Part shown: positions 8,335 through 17,020 of the stretch, one piece after another | Numbering within the stretch: position 1 is the stretch's first letter | How the letters are laid out: every line of letters starts with the position of its first letter | From: Pseudomonadota bacterium | GTDB lineage: Bacteria; Myxococcota_A; Bradymonadia; UBA4248 | Assembly: GCA_017555665.1 (NCBI GenBank) | Contig: JAFZFY010000215.1 | Coordinates: forward strand, 1 to 34,476 | Length of the DNA stretch: 34,476 bases | Direction of reading: 5' to 3' | Notes under the pieces: generated by a model | Database searches by the model: none | What the model was told of the DNA's origin: nothing | Seen by the model: only the letters and a program-made list of their open reading frames with translations | Translations under genes and position numbers: made by a program

Positions 8335-9888
8335 ATGGAAGGAATTCGGGCGAATGTTTCTTCAGAAGAAGAGATCGAGTATTTGATTCGAGCGAGATAC
8401 CCGCTTATGTATGTCACGAGTACGGAAGAGGAGCGCGTGGAGAAGAATTTGCGCATCATCTGCGAACGCCGCAACCGTCGTTTTGTGACATGGTCCTGCA
8501 CGGAAGGTTTTCAGGGCGGCGACGGTGACACGTTTAACGACATTCGCGATCCGCAGCGCGCGATGGAGCATATTTTCCGCTATGAGAATGACGCTCTGTT
8601 CTGCCTGAGGGATTTCCATCCGTATCTTTCGGATCCGCAGGTCACGCGCCGCCTTCGCGACCTGAGCCGCGAATTCAAGACGAGCCGTTATAAGAAACAC
8701 GTGCTCCTTCTGAGCCCGACGTTCAAGATCCCTGTCGAGCTTGAGAAAGAGATGAGCGTGATCGATTACGATCTGCCGAATCGTACCGTTATCAATGAAC
8801 TGGTGCTCCAGGTCCTCAAGAGCGTTCCCGATGAGCTTTGCCAGCAGGTCCGCAACGATCCTCTCTTCCGTGAGAAAGTCGTTGAAGCGGCGCTCGGCTT
8901 GACAGCCGTTGAAGCCTCGAACGTGTTCTCGAAGTCATTGATCATCAAGAAAGACTTCGATATTGAGACGATCGTCGATGAAAAGAAGAACCTGATCCGC
9001 AAGAACGGTCTGTTGGAATTCTATCAGTCAGACCTCAAGCTTCGTGACATCGGCGGCCTTGAGATCCTCAAGAGCTGGCTTAAGACCCGTAACCTCGCGT
9101 TCAGCTCGAAGGCTCGTGAGTTCGGTCTGCCTCTGCCGAAAGGTATTCTGCTTCTCGGTCTGCCTGGTTGCGGTAAATCGCTGACCGCAAAATCCGTCGG
9201 CGCGCTCTGGAAGATGCCGCTGCTCCGCTTGGATGTCGGTAAGGTGTTCTCGTCGCTCGTCGGTTCATCGGAAGAGAACATGCGTAAAGCGATCGCCACG
9301 GCAGAAGCTGTTGCGCCTTGCATTCTCTGGATGGATGAGTTGGAAAAAGGCTTCTCGGGCACGAAATCATCCGGTCAGACGGATGGTGGTACGGGCGCAC
9401 GTGTTTTCGGTTCGTTCATTACATGGCTCCAGGAAAAGACGAGCCCGGTATTCGTTATCGCGACGGCAAACGATGTCTCGATGCTTCCGCCGGAACTTCT
9501 CCGTAAAGGTCGTTTCGATGAGATCTTCTTCGTCGATCTTCCGAGCCCCGCAGAGCGCAAGACGATTATCGAGATCCACATCATCAAGAAGAACCGTAAG
9601 GTTGCCGACTTCGATATTCCCCGTATCGTGGCTGCAACGCAGGGCTTCTCCGGATCCGAAATCGAGCAGGCGATTGTTTCCGCATTGTTCGATGCTTACG
9701 AGGCCAAGAAAGATATCGATACCGAAAGCGTCATCCGTTCGTGCAACGAGATCATCCCGCTGTCCTATCAGATGAAAGAACGTATCGACTACATGCGCGA
9801 CTGGGCGAAGAGCCGTGCTCGCCGTGCTTCTCTCGACGAAGAGGGCGCGCATGAAGAAGACAAGCAGATCCGTCACCTTGAGATGTAG
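8335..9888 (+). CDS. Ycf46-like AAA+ ATPase
   Basis: LIRARYPLMYV N-terminus, LRDFHPYL, Walker A GLPGCGKS, Walker B LWMDELEK, TAND...LPPELLRKGRFDEIFFVDLP. Confidence 0.92.
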   Translation: MEGIRANVSSEEEIEYLIRARYPLMYVTSTEEERVEKNLRIICERRNRRFVTWSCTEGFQGGDGDTFNDIRDPQRAMEHIFRYENDALFCLRDFHPYLSDPQVTRRLRDLSREFKTSRYKKHVLLLSPTFKIPVELEKEMSVIDYDLPNRTVINELVLQVLKSVPDELCQQVRNDPLFREKVVEAALGLTAVEASNVFSKSLIIKKDFDIETIVDEKKNLIRKNGLLEFYQSDLKLRDIGGLEILKSWLKTRNLAFSSKAREFGLPLPKGILLLGLPGCGKSLTAKSVGALWKMPLLRLDVGKVFSSLVGSSEENMRKAIATAEAVAPCILWMDELEKGFSGTKSSGQTDGGTGARVFGSFITWLQEKTSPVFVIATANDVSMLPPELLRKGRFDEIFFVDLPSPAERKTIIEIHIIKKNRKVADFDIPRIVAATQGFSGSEIEQAIVSALFDAYEAKKDIDTESVIRSCNEIIPLSYQMKERIDYMRDWAKSRARRASLDEEGAHEEDKQIRHLEM

Positions 9889-9906
9889 TTCAAAGGGAGT
9901 TAATTT

Positions 9907-10302
9907 ATGAGTCACTTTTCAACCGTTGAATCCCAGATGAAAGACCTCGAGTGCATTCTTGAGGCAATCAAAGACCTTGGCTTGGAATGTGTGCATTCCG
10001 AAGAAGGCGTGAATGTTCGCGGCTACAATCAGCAGCTCGAAAAAGCCGATATCTCGATCAAGGTGAGCGGCAAATACGATGTCGGCATCCGCCTGACAGA
10101 GAACGGCTGCGAGCTTTTGGCCGACTGGTGGGGCGTGGAAGCGACGCGCGGCGTGAACGAACAGCAGTTCACGAACCAGCTTCAGCAGCGCTATGCCTAT
10201 CACAAAGTCGTGAAAGAGCTTAAAGCGAAACACTACACGCTCGATATGAACGAAGACAAGGTCACGAACGTGATCAAGTTGACAGCCACCAAATGGGGCT
10301 AA
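9907..10302 (+). CDS. DUF1257 (Ycf35-like) protein
   Basis: MSHFSTVE start, VRGY, YDVG, ADWWG and LQQRYAYHKV motifs; follows the Ycf46-like ATPase. Confidence 0.88.
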   Translation: MSHFSTVESQMKDLECILEAIKDLGLECVHSEEGVNVRGYNQQLEKADISIKVSGKYDVGIRLTENGCELLADWWGVEATRGVNEQQFTNQLQQRYAYHKVVKELKAKHYTLDMNEDKVTNVIKLTATKWG

Positions 10303-10349
10303 TGCACATCGTCTGGGCCTTCTAGAAAAACATTATTGAGGAAAATCAA

Positions 10350-10559
10350 ATGGCAACAAAACAGGAAATCGAATTTACCATCAATCCCGACGGCTCTGTG
10401 GAGATTCATCCTGTGGGCTTCAAAGGCAAGAAGTGCACGGAAGTGACCAAGGAGATCGAGGAAGCGCTCGGTATCGTCAAGAACGTCACCTACTCGAGTG
10501 AATACTATCAGCAGGAAGAAGAAGTTCACACGACGGTCAAGGTCGGCAGCGACAAGTAA
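10350..10559 (+). CDS. DUF2997 family small protein
   Basis: IEFTINPDGSV..GFKGKKC..VTKEIEEALG...SEYY pattern; GAGG RBS; usual partner of DUF1257 and the AAA ATPase. Confidence 0.88.
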   Translation: MATKQEIEFTINPDGSVEIHPVGFKGKKCTEVTKEIEEALGIVKNVTYSSEYYQQEEEVHTTVKVGSDK

Positions 10560-10568
10560 TGCGATTAC

Positions 10569-10608
10569 ACAAAACTTTCAGGCGCATGTCGCCTGAAAGT
10601 TTTGTTTT
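10569..10608 (+). terminator. Rho-independent terminator after the DUF2997 gene
   Basis: ACAAAACTTTCAGGCG-CATGT-CGCCTGAAAGTTTTGT followed by a T-rich tract. Confidence 0.85.
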
Positions 10609-10623
10609 ATTTTGGGTATAGTT

Positions 10624-11388
10624 ATGGCGGAAGAAACTGCGGAAAAGCTTGATCTGTCGATACTTGATTTGTCTATTGTTCAGGCAGATCTCGGGCCGGA
10701 AAAGTTTGTGCCGCGTCGGAGGCCGTTATATGGGTTTTGGCGTGCTTCTTATGCAGAAGCCGATATGGCTGTGAGCGTGCGCCGGACGGTCGATATCCAT
10801 ATCGATAAGCCGATTTCGCGCGATCAGAGTGTCTTTTCTGAAAAGATATTTGATCTGCATAAGATGGAACTCGATTCATCTGCAGAACCAGATGTGATTG
10901 AGCGTCCGAATGAGGTCGATGATCAGATCGTGGAATGCACGCCCCAGTTTATTTTGAGAAACATTCCCAAAATTGAAAGATATTATGATTTGGATCGCGT
11001 GCCGCCTTTTGAAGTGACCGATATGCCCAAGATGGAGGCAGACGATCTCCTTGCAGAGGCTAAAGAAGCGCATCTCGGCGATATCGAGTTCATTGAAGTC
11101 GAAAGCGTCAACTTTATGAATGACTTTCGTTCGTTCCTCGAAGAAATCTTTTATCTGTGCCCGTGGGATCAGATCACGCGGCAGGAACCGGATGAAGATA
11201 ACCCGTGGCATATCAAGAATTCGACAACAAAACTTGCGCAGGATCTGCTGTCGCGTAAGAATACGCTCTTTATCTTTAGTGCCAAGGGCATGACGCAGAT
11301 GGGCATGAAGGCTTATAAGCCGCGTGAAGAGAAGAACGAGCCGACAGAGGCGCGGCCGAGTTTTGTGAGAAGCTACGGACCGGGTTAG
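10624..11388 (+). CDS. Hypothetical acidic protein
   Basis: ORF of about 254 aa filling the gap between the terminator and the DUF4491 gene; no motif recognised. Confidence 0.65.
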   Translation: MAEETAEKLDLSILDLSIVQADLGPEKFVPRRRPLYGFWRASYAEADMAVSVRRTVDIHIDKPISRDQSVFSEKIFDLHKMELDSSAEPDVIERPNEVDDQIVECTPQFILRNIPKIERYYDLDRVPPFEVTDMPKMEADDLLAEAKEAHLGDIEFIEVESVNFMNDFRSFLEEIFYLCPWDQITRQEPDEDNPWHIKNSTTKLAQDLLSRKNTLFIFSAKGMTQMGMKAYKPREEKNEPTEARPSFVRSYGPG

Positions 11389-11401
11389 TGGTTCTGAGGT
11401 C

Positions 11402-11689
11402 ATGAATTTTGACGGTCTTGTACTTGCGGTCGCATCGTTTATCGTTATCGGTCTTTTTCACCCAATTGTGATCAAGGCTGAATATCATTTCGGCACGAGA
11501 TGCTGGCCGCTGTTCGCGTTTGGCGGCGTGGGATCTATTATTTTGGCACTGTTCGCGTCATCGACGTTTATATCCTCCTTTATGGGCGTGCTCGGGTGTA
11601 CTTTTTTCTGGAGCATCCTGGAATTATTTGAGCAGAAAAAACGTGTAGAAAAAGGCTGGTTTCCTAAGAATCCGAATCGGAAGTATTAA
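11402..11689 (+). CDS. DUF4491 family small membrane protein
   Basis: IGLFHPIVIKAEYHFG...WSILELFEQKKRVEKGWFPKNP; three hydrophobic segments; GAGG RBS. Confidence 0.88.
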   Translation: MNFDGLVLAVASFIVIGLFHPIVIKAEYHFGTRCWPLFAFGGVGSIILALFASSTFISSFMGVLGCTFFWSILELFEQKKRVEKGWFPKNPNRKY

Positions 11690-14600
11690 ATTCTGGGTGC
11701 TGGGTGTAGATTTCTTTTAACATATTTTGAGGATATTGATGTTCCGGGAGGATATGGATCAAAGCGCGATAAATTGTGACGGCTTCGCTGATTTTATTGC
11801 ATTTATGATATAGGATATCGGCGTATTCTCGGAGCGCGTTGCTCGCAGTGGAGATATTGGCATCGTTCAGGTGTTGTTCCAGATGCTCGTGTATCTCGAC
11901 GGGCGGGATTTTCATTAAACATGCGATTTCTGTTTTGAGGATATCGAGCAGTTCAGTCCATTCGTCACGTTCACGGCAGATATGTTTATAAATTTCAATG
12001 ACCGCAAGTTTGTCAGAGAATTCATTGCTGTCGATGAATCTGTTGATTTTGTTTTTGGCGGTTTCGATATCCCCTGTTTCGATATAAAGTTTGATCAGGC
12101 GAATCAGATGCTGTGCCATCTGTTTTGAGCCGGGCACGCGATATTTTGTGATTTCGTTGAGGATACGGATGGCGTTGTCGTAATCTTTGATATCGATATA
12201 GATTTGTGCCAGGAGTTGTAATGCAGCTTCGTTATCAGGTGTTTTCTTGATGATCTGGTCAAGCGTTTCGATGGCGAGTTCGGTTTCGCCGAGATGCTCA
12301 TACCTGAGCTGGGCCAGTCTGATCTCGTATCGTCTGCGTTCATCGGACATCGTGAGGATGCGGCATTTCTTCTGGTAAATATCCGACAGGTCGCGATAAC
12401 ACTTGAGGGAGAGATAGACGGCTTCGAGCGCGTTCAGCGTCTGTTCGCCATTGGCGACTTCCGGGCTGAGTTTTGAGGCGCGTTCGAGGAATTGCCGTGC
12501 TGTCTGAGGGGCGTGTTGGTCATAGAGGTAGATACAGCCGATTTCCTGAAGCACGCGCGGCGGAATCTCGGACTCTGGGATATCTTGTATGGATTGGAGC
12601 AGATGATTGAGGAGCGATTCGGTATCGCCGCGCATGCGGTCGTGCATGATCTGCACCTGAAGCGGGGAATGCTCGTCGCTATCTGCACAGGCAGATGTGG
12701 TTTCGGTTTCGTCTTCCGGGAAAGCAGTGGTGACGATGGCTGCCGAAGTGGATGAGATGAGTTCTGCCGAGATCGAGACTTCGGATGATGGCATCTGTGT
12801 GTAATATTGCGATTCGGAATCGTCTGAAATGATCGGGATATCGGCGATAGAGACAGATCTTGAGCTGAGCAGGATCGAAGTGAGCGAGGATACCGGTTCG
12901 AGCTTGGACTTAGATGGGGACGCAAAACCGGGCACGATATCGTTGGGTACGAAGTCGAATTTATCTGGATTGATGGGGCTGCACAGCTGCGCCTCGTGAT
13001 AGAGCGCCTGCGCGCGCTGGGTATTGCCGAGTTTGTCGTTTGTTTCGCTGGCTTCGAGGAGCAGGTTTTTCTTGGCCTGAAGATCTTTTGTCGTGCGCGC
13101 GAGTTTTTCGAGGATGATTGCGAGTTCAAAGAATTGACCGCATTTTCTTAGATATTGGCGAAGCTCAAGCAAGATCTGCGGATGGTTGGGCGACCGTGTG
13201 TTTGTTTTTCTGAGGATATCGAGGATCTTTTCTGAGGGCGTATTGAGCGATTCCAGGTGTTTGACGAGCTCAAGCGTTTGTTCGGCGGCCTCGGCTGGCG
13301 GGAGCACGTCGATGAGCGTTGTCATGAACCGGACCTGTTCCTTGGGCAGGTTTCTTCGCTGGCATCTCTCGATCTGAGTGATCAGCACACGTGGATCGAA
13401 TTCCGAGATATTTGTTGCGGCATCGAGATGTTTTTGCGCTTCCTCAGGCTGGTCGAATTCGCATTCATAGAGATTGTGTAGCATCAGATGGAGCGTGATC
13501 GCATCGTCAGGGGAGAGGTTGTTCTGGTTCGCGTGCAAGAAATCGAGACACGCTTTTGCCATTTCTGGGAAAGCCTGTTTGGGCGATAAAAAATTCAGGC
13601 GTTTGGTGAGGATGTGCATGTCATTGGGCACCAGCTTGAGATGAAGTTCGAGCACCCGGTTATAGCCTGGGTAATCGGGGACTTTTTCAATGACATTTTC
13701 GATGGACTGCGCAGCCTTTATGGCATTCTGTCTGGAGATCGCGAGCGCCTGTGCGTTGATCGCGGAAGGCGAGAGTTCCGCGAGTGTTTTGGCTTGTTCC
13801 CAGATGGAGACGAGCAGCTCGAAGCAGGCGAGATAGGCATCGATGGCTTCTTCAAAGTTGTCAGAGTTTTCGAGGCTTTGGGCCAGGATGCTGAGGATTT
13901 CGAGATTCTGCGGTTCGATATCGAGGATTTTTCGGCAGATATTGATGATCGATTGCAGCGGTTCGTTATGATCGAGCAGGATGCGCGCGAGACATTCGCC
14001 AAACTTGACGATCTGTGCAGGGCTGTCGGTCTGGTTTATCCATAAACGCAGATATTGAATGGCGGTATTGTGGTATTGTGCCTGGCTGTAAGCGTTTGCG
14101 AAGTCGATTTTTTCTTCGGGTGTGGCGATCGTCTGTATGAGCGGCTTGATCGTTTCGAGTTTTTTGACAGCCGAGTCGAAGCGCTGAAAGCTCTGGGTAA
14201 GAATATTGGCGGCCTCGATTTGGAGGCGTATGCGCATGTGCGGCGCGTGGCTGCATTCGTGCGCGCGTTGCTGTATGAGGGCGAGCAGCATCTCGTCGTC
14301 GTCTTGACGGAGGTAGATGTCTTTGAGAATATCGAATGCCACGGGATAAAACCCCGTTTGATCGGTATTTGTGAGCAGGTTCATGCGGACGAGATCAGCC
14401 GAGTCGGGCGCCCATTTGTAAATATAGTAGAGCAGCGTGGGCATCTCGTAGGAGGGGCGGAGGTTTCGCGCCTCTTGTATGGCCTTTTGGATTTCGTCTT
14501 TTGAGAGCGTGTCATGCCTGCTCGCGGCATGATGGATGTGTTCGATATCCGGGCAGTCTGAAGGCTGAGGGGAGAGCCTGAGGCCGGGCAGCGCAAGCGG

Positions 14601-15293
14601 CTGTTCTGTGGCGCATTCGGGCAGGAATGTCGAGATCTTGATCTCATGGATGTCGACTTTGGGGGTTGCACAGAAGTTTCGCTCGAACTTGAGACGAATG
14701 GCCGAGTGATGCATCAGGAGGGAAATCTGACCGTGTGTGCAGTCTATCCTTGCGCAGTCGAGCGCGTTAAATATCCATGCGACCGGGTTGATCGTGAACG
14801 TGGCGTGATCTGCGGAGAACTTTGCGTGGACGGCATTTGGCGCGTCAATGCCGAAATTTTGGGCGGTTTCTGAGAGAAGGTCACAGGTGAGATCGTATGG
14901 ATCGCGCGGGGGGATGCCGAAGACGGTGATGGCATCTATGGCGAAACTGAGATCGGAGGGTGAGGGCGTCTTGTGTTTCCAAAGGATTTCAAGCGCATAT
15001 TCGCCGCAGAGGCTGAGCGTGGCAAATTGTCCGTCCTCGGTGATGAAAAAACGCGTCGAAGCGGATGACTTTCCGGGATGCGTATCCTCCATGCGCTCGA
15101 AGAGCTGGGTGAAAAATCTTGGGTCGATGACCGCATGCAGCGAGAGCAGCCTGGGGGTATGGCCGGGCTTGTTTTCGACGGTAAGCTCTTTGATGAAGCA
15201 GAGCGCGGAGCATGCGAAATCTTTGATGACCTCGCGGCGTATGGCTCTGTGGTGTTCAGTATGGACAGGAAATGCAGGCGGAAAGATATGCAT
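11664..15293 (-). CDS. Large tetratricopeptide-repeat protein
   Basis: Many TPR-like helix pairs (e.g. PDNEAALQLLAQIYIDIKDYDNAIRIL, PQNLEILSILAQSLE) and an S/T/D/E-rich linker; start taken as ATG 15293 because the upstream extension runs through hairpin repeats. Confidence 0.8.
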   Translation of the reverse strand: MHIFPPAFPVHTEHHRAIRREVIKDFACSALCFIKELTVENKPGHTPRLLSLHAVIDPRFFTQLFERMEDTHPGKSSASTRFFITEDGQFATLSLCGEYALEILWKHKTPSPSDLSFAIDAITVFGIPPRDPYDLTCDLLSETAQNFGIDAPNAVHAKFSADHATFTINPVAWIFNALDCARIDCTHGQISLLMHHSAIRLKFERNFCATPKVDIHEIKISTFLPECATEQPLALPGLRLSPQPSDCPDIEHIHHAASRHDTLSKDEIQKAIQEARNLRPSYEMPTLLYYIYKWAPDSADLVRMNLLTNTDQTGFYPVAFDILKDIYLRQDDDEMLLALIQQRAHECSHAPHMRIRLQIEAANILTQSFQRFDSAVKKLETIKPLIQTIATPEEKIDFANAYSQAQYHNTAIQYLRLWINQTDSPAQIVKFGECLARILLDHNEPLQSIINICRKILDIEPQNLEILSILAQSLENSDNFEEAIDAYLACFELLVSIWEQAKTLAELSPSAINAQALAISRQNAIKAAQSIENVIEKVPDYPGYNRVLELHLKLVPNDMHILTKRLNFLSPKQAFPEMAKACLDFLHANQNNLSPDDAITLHLMLHNLYECEFDQPEEAQKHLDAATNISEFDPRVLITQIERCQRRNLPKEQVRFMTTLIDVLPPAEAAEQTLELVKHLESLNTPSEKILDILRKTNTRSPNHPQILLELRQYLRKCGQFFELAIILEKLARTTKDLQAKKNLLLEASETNDKLGNTQRAQALYHEAQLCSPINPDKFDFVPNDIVPGFASPSKSKLEPVSSLTSILLSSRSVSIADIPIISDDSESQYYTQMPSSEVSISAELISSTSAAIVTTAFPEDETETTSACADSDEHSPLQVQIMHDRMRGDTESLLNHLLQSIQDIPESEIPPRVLQEIGCIYLYDQHAPQTARQFLERASKLSPEVANGEQTLNALEAVYLSLKCYRDLSDIYQKKCRILTMSDERRRYEIRLAQLRYEHLGETELAIETLDQIIKKTPDNEAALQLLAQIYIDIKDYDNAIRILNEITKYRVPGSKQMAQHLIRLIKLYIETGDIETAKNKINRFIDSNEFSDKLAVIEIYKHICRERDEWTELLDILKTEIACLMKIPPVEIHEHLEQHLNDANISTASNALREYADILYHKCNKISEAVTIYRALIHILPEHQYPQNMLKEIYTQHPEFNTSDSDS

Positions 15294-15338
15294 GGCGCGT
15301 TCTGGCAGTGAGAAGCCGTGATATACGGCATAAAAAGG

Positions 15339-15415
15339 GCGCGTTCGTATGGAGGCGTAGCCGAAATAGAACGCGCGAACCGCCGCGTATCGGGGCATCG
15401 TCCCGATAGCGGCGG
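15339..15415. repeat. Pair of bulged-hairpin REP-like repeats
   Basis: GCGCGTTC-G-TAT...ATA-GAACGCGC (15339-15376) and CCGCCGC-G-TATCGGG-N7-CCCGATA-GCGGCGG (15380-15415). Confidence 0.7.
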
Positions 15416-15532
15416 CAAAAAATCACGCTTGAGAAAAGAATACACGCGGGAACGCTCGCAGGGCGACAGGGTCGCCGTGAGGGGGCGTGCGTTTGTCTCA
15501 AATCGCCTTGAAAATGGCGGTTTTGGCGCGGA

Positions 15533-17020
15533 TCATTTCACCGGGATCCCTTGATCGGACCAGAATTCTGGATCGGGCAGGTTGAGGTCCGAGAGGTCTT
15601 TGAGCTGGGAGAGAATGGCGTTTTTGTCGCCGACGAGAACGATGGTGGCTTTGTCGAGCGTCGGGAATTCACGCGCAACGGCGTTGAAATCATCGAGCGT
15701 GAAGGATTCGAGCTGGCGCGCGAAATCGTTGATGGCAGAGACCGGTTTGCGGTTGAGGTAGAGCCCGGCGATGGTTACGAGAGCCCCTGACTGCGTCTCG
15801 AAAGACTGGACGAATTCGGATTTCCAGGTTTCGCGGGCGCGTTCAAATTCATCTTGAGAGAAGTTTCCGGTCGGGAGCATGCTGAGTTCCGAGATGAATT
15901 CGCGGAGCGCGAGGCCCGTGACATCGGCCGCAACGGAGGATGTGGAGAGCAGCACCCCCGCATGTTTCATGGCAGAAACGGCAGAGCTGGCGCCGTATGA
16001 GAAGCCTTTGTCTTCGCGGATATTCTGCATGAGACGGCTGGTGAAGGAGCCGCCGAACGGGATATTGAGGAACTGCCAGGTGAGCGTTTTGAGCGAGGGG
16101 GCGGGGATCGCGGGCTGGAAGATGCGGATGACGGTCTGCGGCGCGGCAGGCTTGTCGACGATGATCAGGCGCATTTTTTCCTGCCGGTTGGTGAACGATT
16201 CGGCCTGTGCAGGTGCCTGTTCGGGGAGTTTGCGTGCGCCGAAACGCTTGTCGAGCATGTCGCGCACCGTGCCTGCGGGGAGGTTGCCGACAGCGAAAAA
16301 GACGGGCGGCGTGTTCTGGAAAATCGCCTGATAATCCGCCTTGATGTCCTCAAGCGTGACCGCGGAGATGCTCGCTTCGGTGCCATCTGCCGAACGGGCG
16401 TAGGGATGGCCTTCAAAATAGGCGGCATTCGAGACGAGCTTTGCGACGGCGTTCGGGTTGTCCTGGCGTTGTTTGAGGCCGTTGAGGATCAGCTTCTGGA
16501 TACGGCTGAATGATTCCTGCGTGAAGTCGGGATGCATCCAGATCTCGTCGAGGATGTCGAGCGAATTTTCAAAAAACTGGGAGAGAACCTGAATCGTGAT
16601 GAGCGCGTTGTCCTGCGTGACGGCTGGCGAGATGGAGGCGCCGATATATTCGATATCGTCGGAAATCTGCTGTGCCGTCTTGCCGTTTGCGCCTTCCTTG
16701 AGGAGCGCGGCGGTGAAGTTTGCGCAGCCGGATTTGTTCGGATCGTCGCCGGATGCCCCGCGTTCAAAGACGACGCGCAAGGTCATGAGGGGGACGAGCG
16801 CGTTCTGGATGTACCAGAATTGCGCGCCGTTGCTGAGCGTCATCTGTGTCGGGAGCGGATGCTGGAATGTCTTGGCCGGCGGTATTTCTGGAAGTGCGAA
16901 ATCGGTATTCTGAGTCATGGGATTTGTATCCTGTGTGGCATTCTTTGGGGACGTGGTGTTGGCGCATGAGGTGAGCAGGATGCCGGATAGCATAAGCGCG
17001 AACGCAAGCTTGAGGTTCAT
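15533..17020 (-). CDS. M16B peptidase, non-catalytic subunit, lipoprotein
   Basis: Lipobox LLTSC; LSNG, FGGSFTSRLMQNIREDKGFSYG (R/Y pair); no HxxEH motif. Confidence 0.88.
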   Translation of the reverse strand: MNLKLAFALMLSGILLTSCANTTSPKNATQDTNPMTQNTDFALPEIPPAKTFQHPLPTQMTLSNGAQFWYIQNALVPLMTLRVVFERGASGDDPNKSGCANFTAALLKEGANGKTAQQISDDIEYIGASISPAVTQDNALITIQVLSQFFENSLDILDEIWMHPDFTQESFSRIQKLILNGLKQRQDNPNAVAKLVSNAAYFEGHPYARSADGTEASISAVTLEDIKADYQAIFQNTPPVFFAVGNLPAGTVRDMLDKRFGARKLPEQAPAQAESFTNRQEKMRLIIVDKPAAPQTVIRIFQPAIPAPSLKTLTWQFLNIPFGGSFTSRLMQNIREDKGFSYGASSAVSAMKHAGVLLSTSSVAADVTGLALREFISELSMLPTGNFSQDEFERARETWKSEFVQSFETQSGALVTIAGLYLNRKPVSAINDFARQLESFTLDDFNAVAREFPTLDKATIVLVGDKNAILSQLKDLSDLNLPDPEFWSDQGIPVK

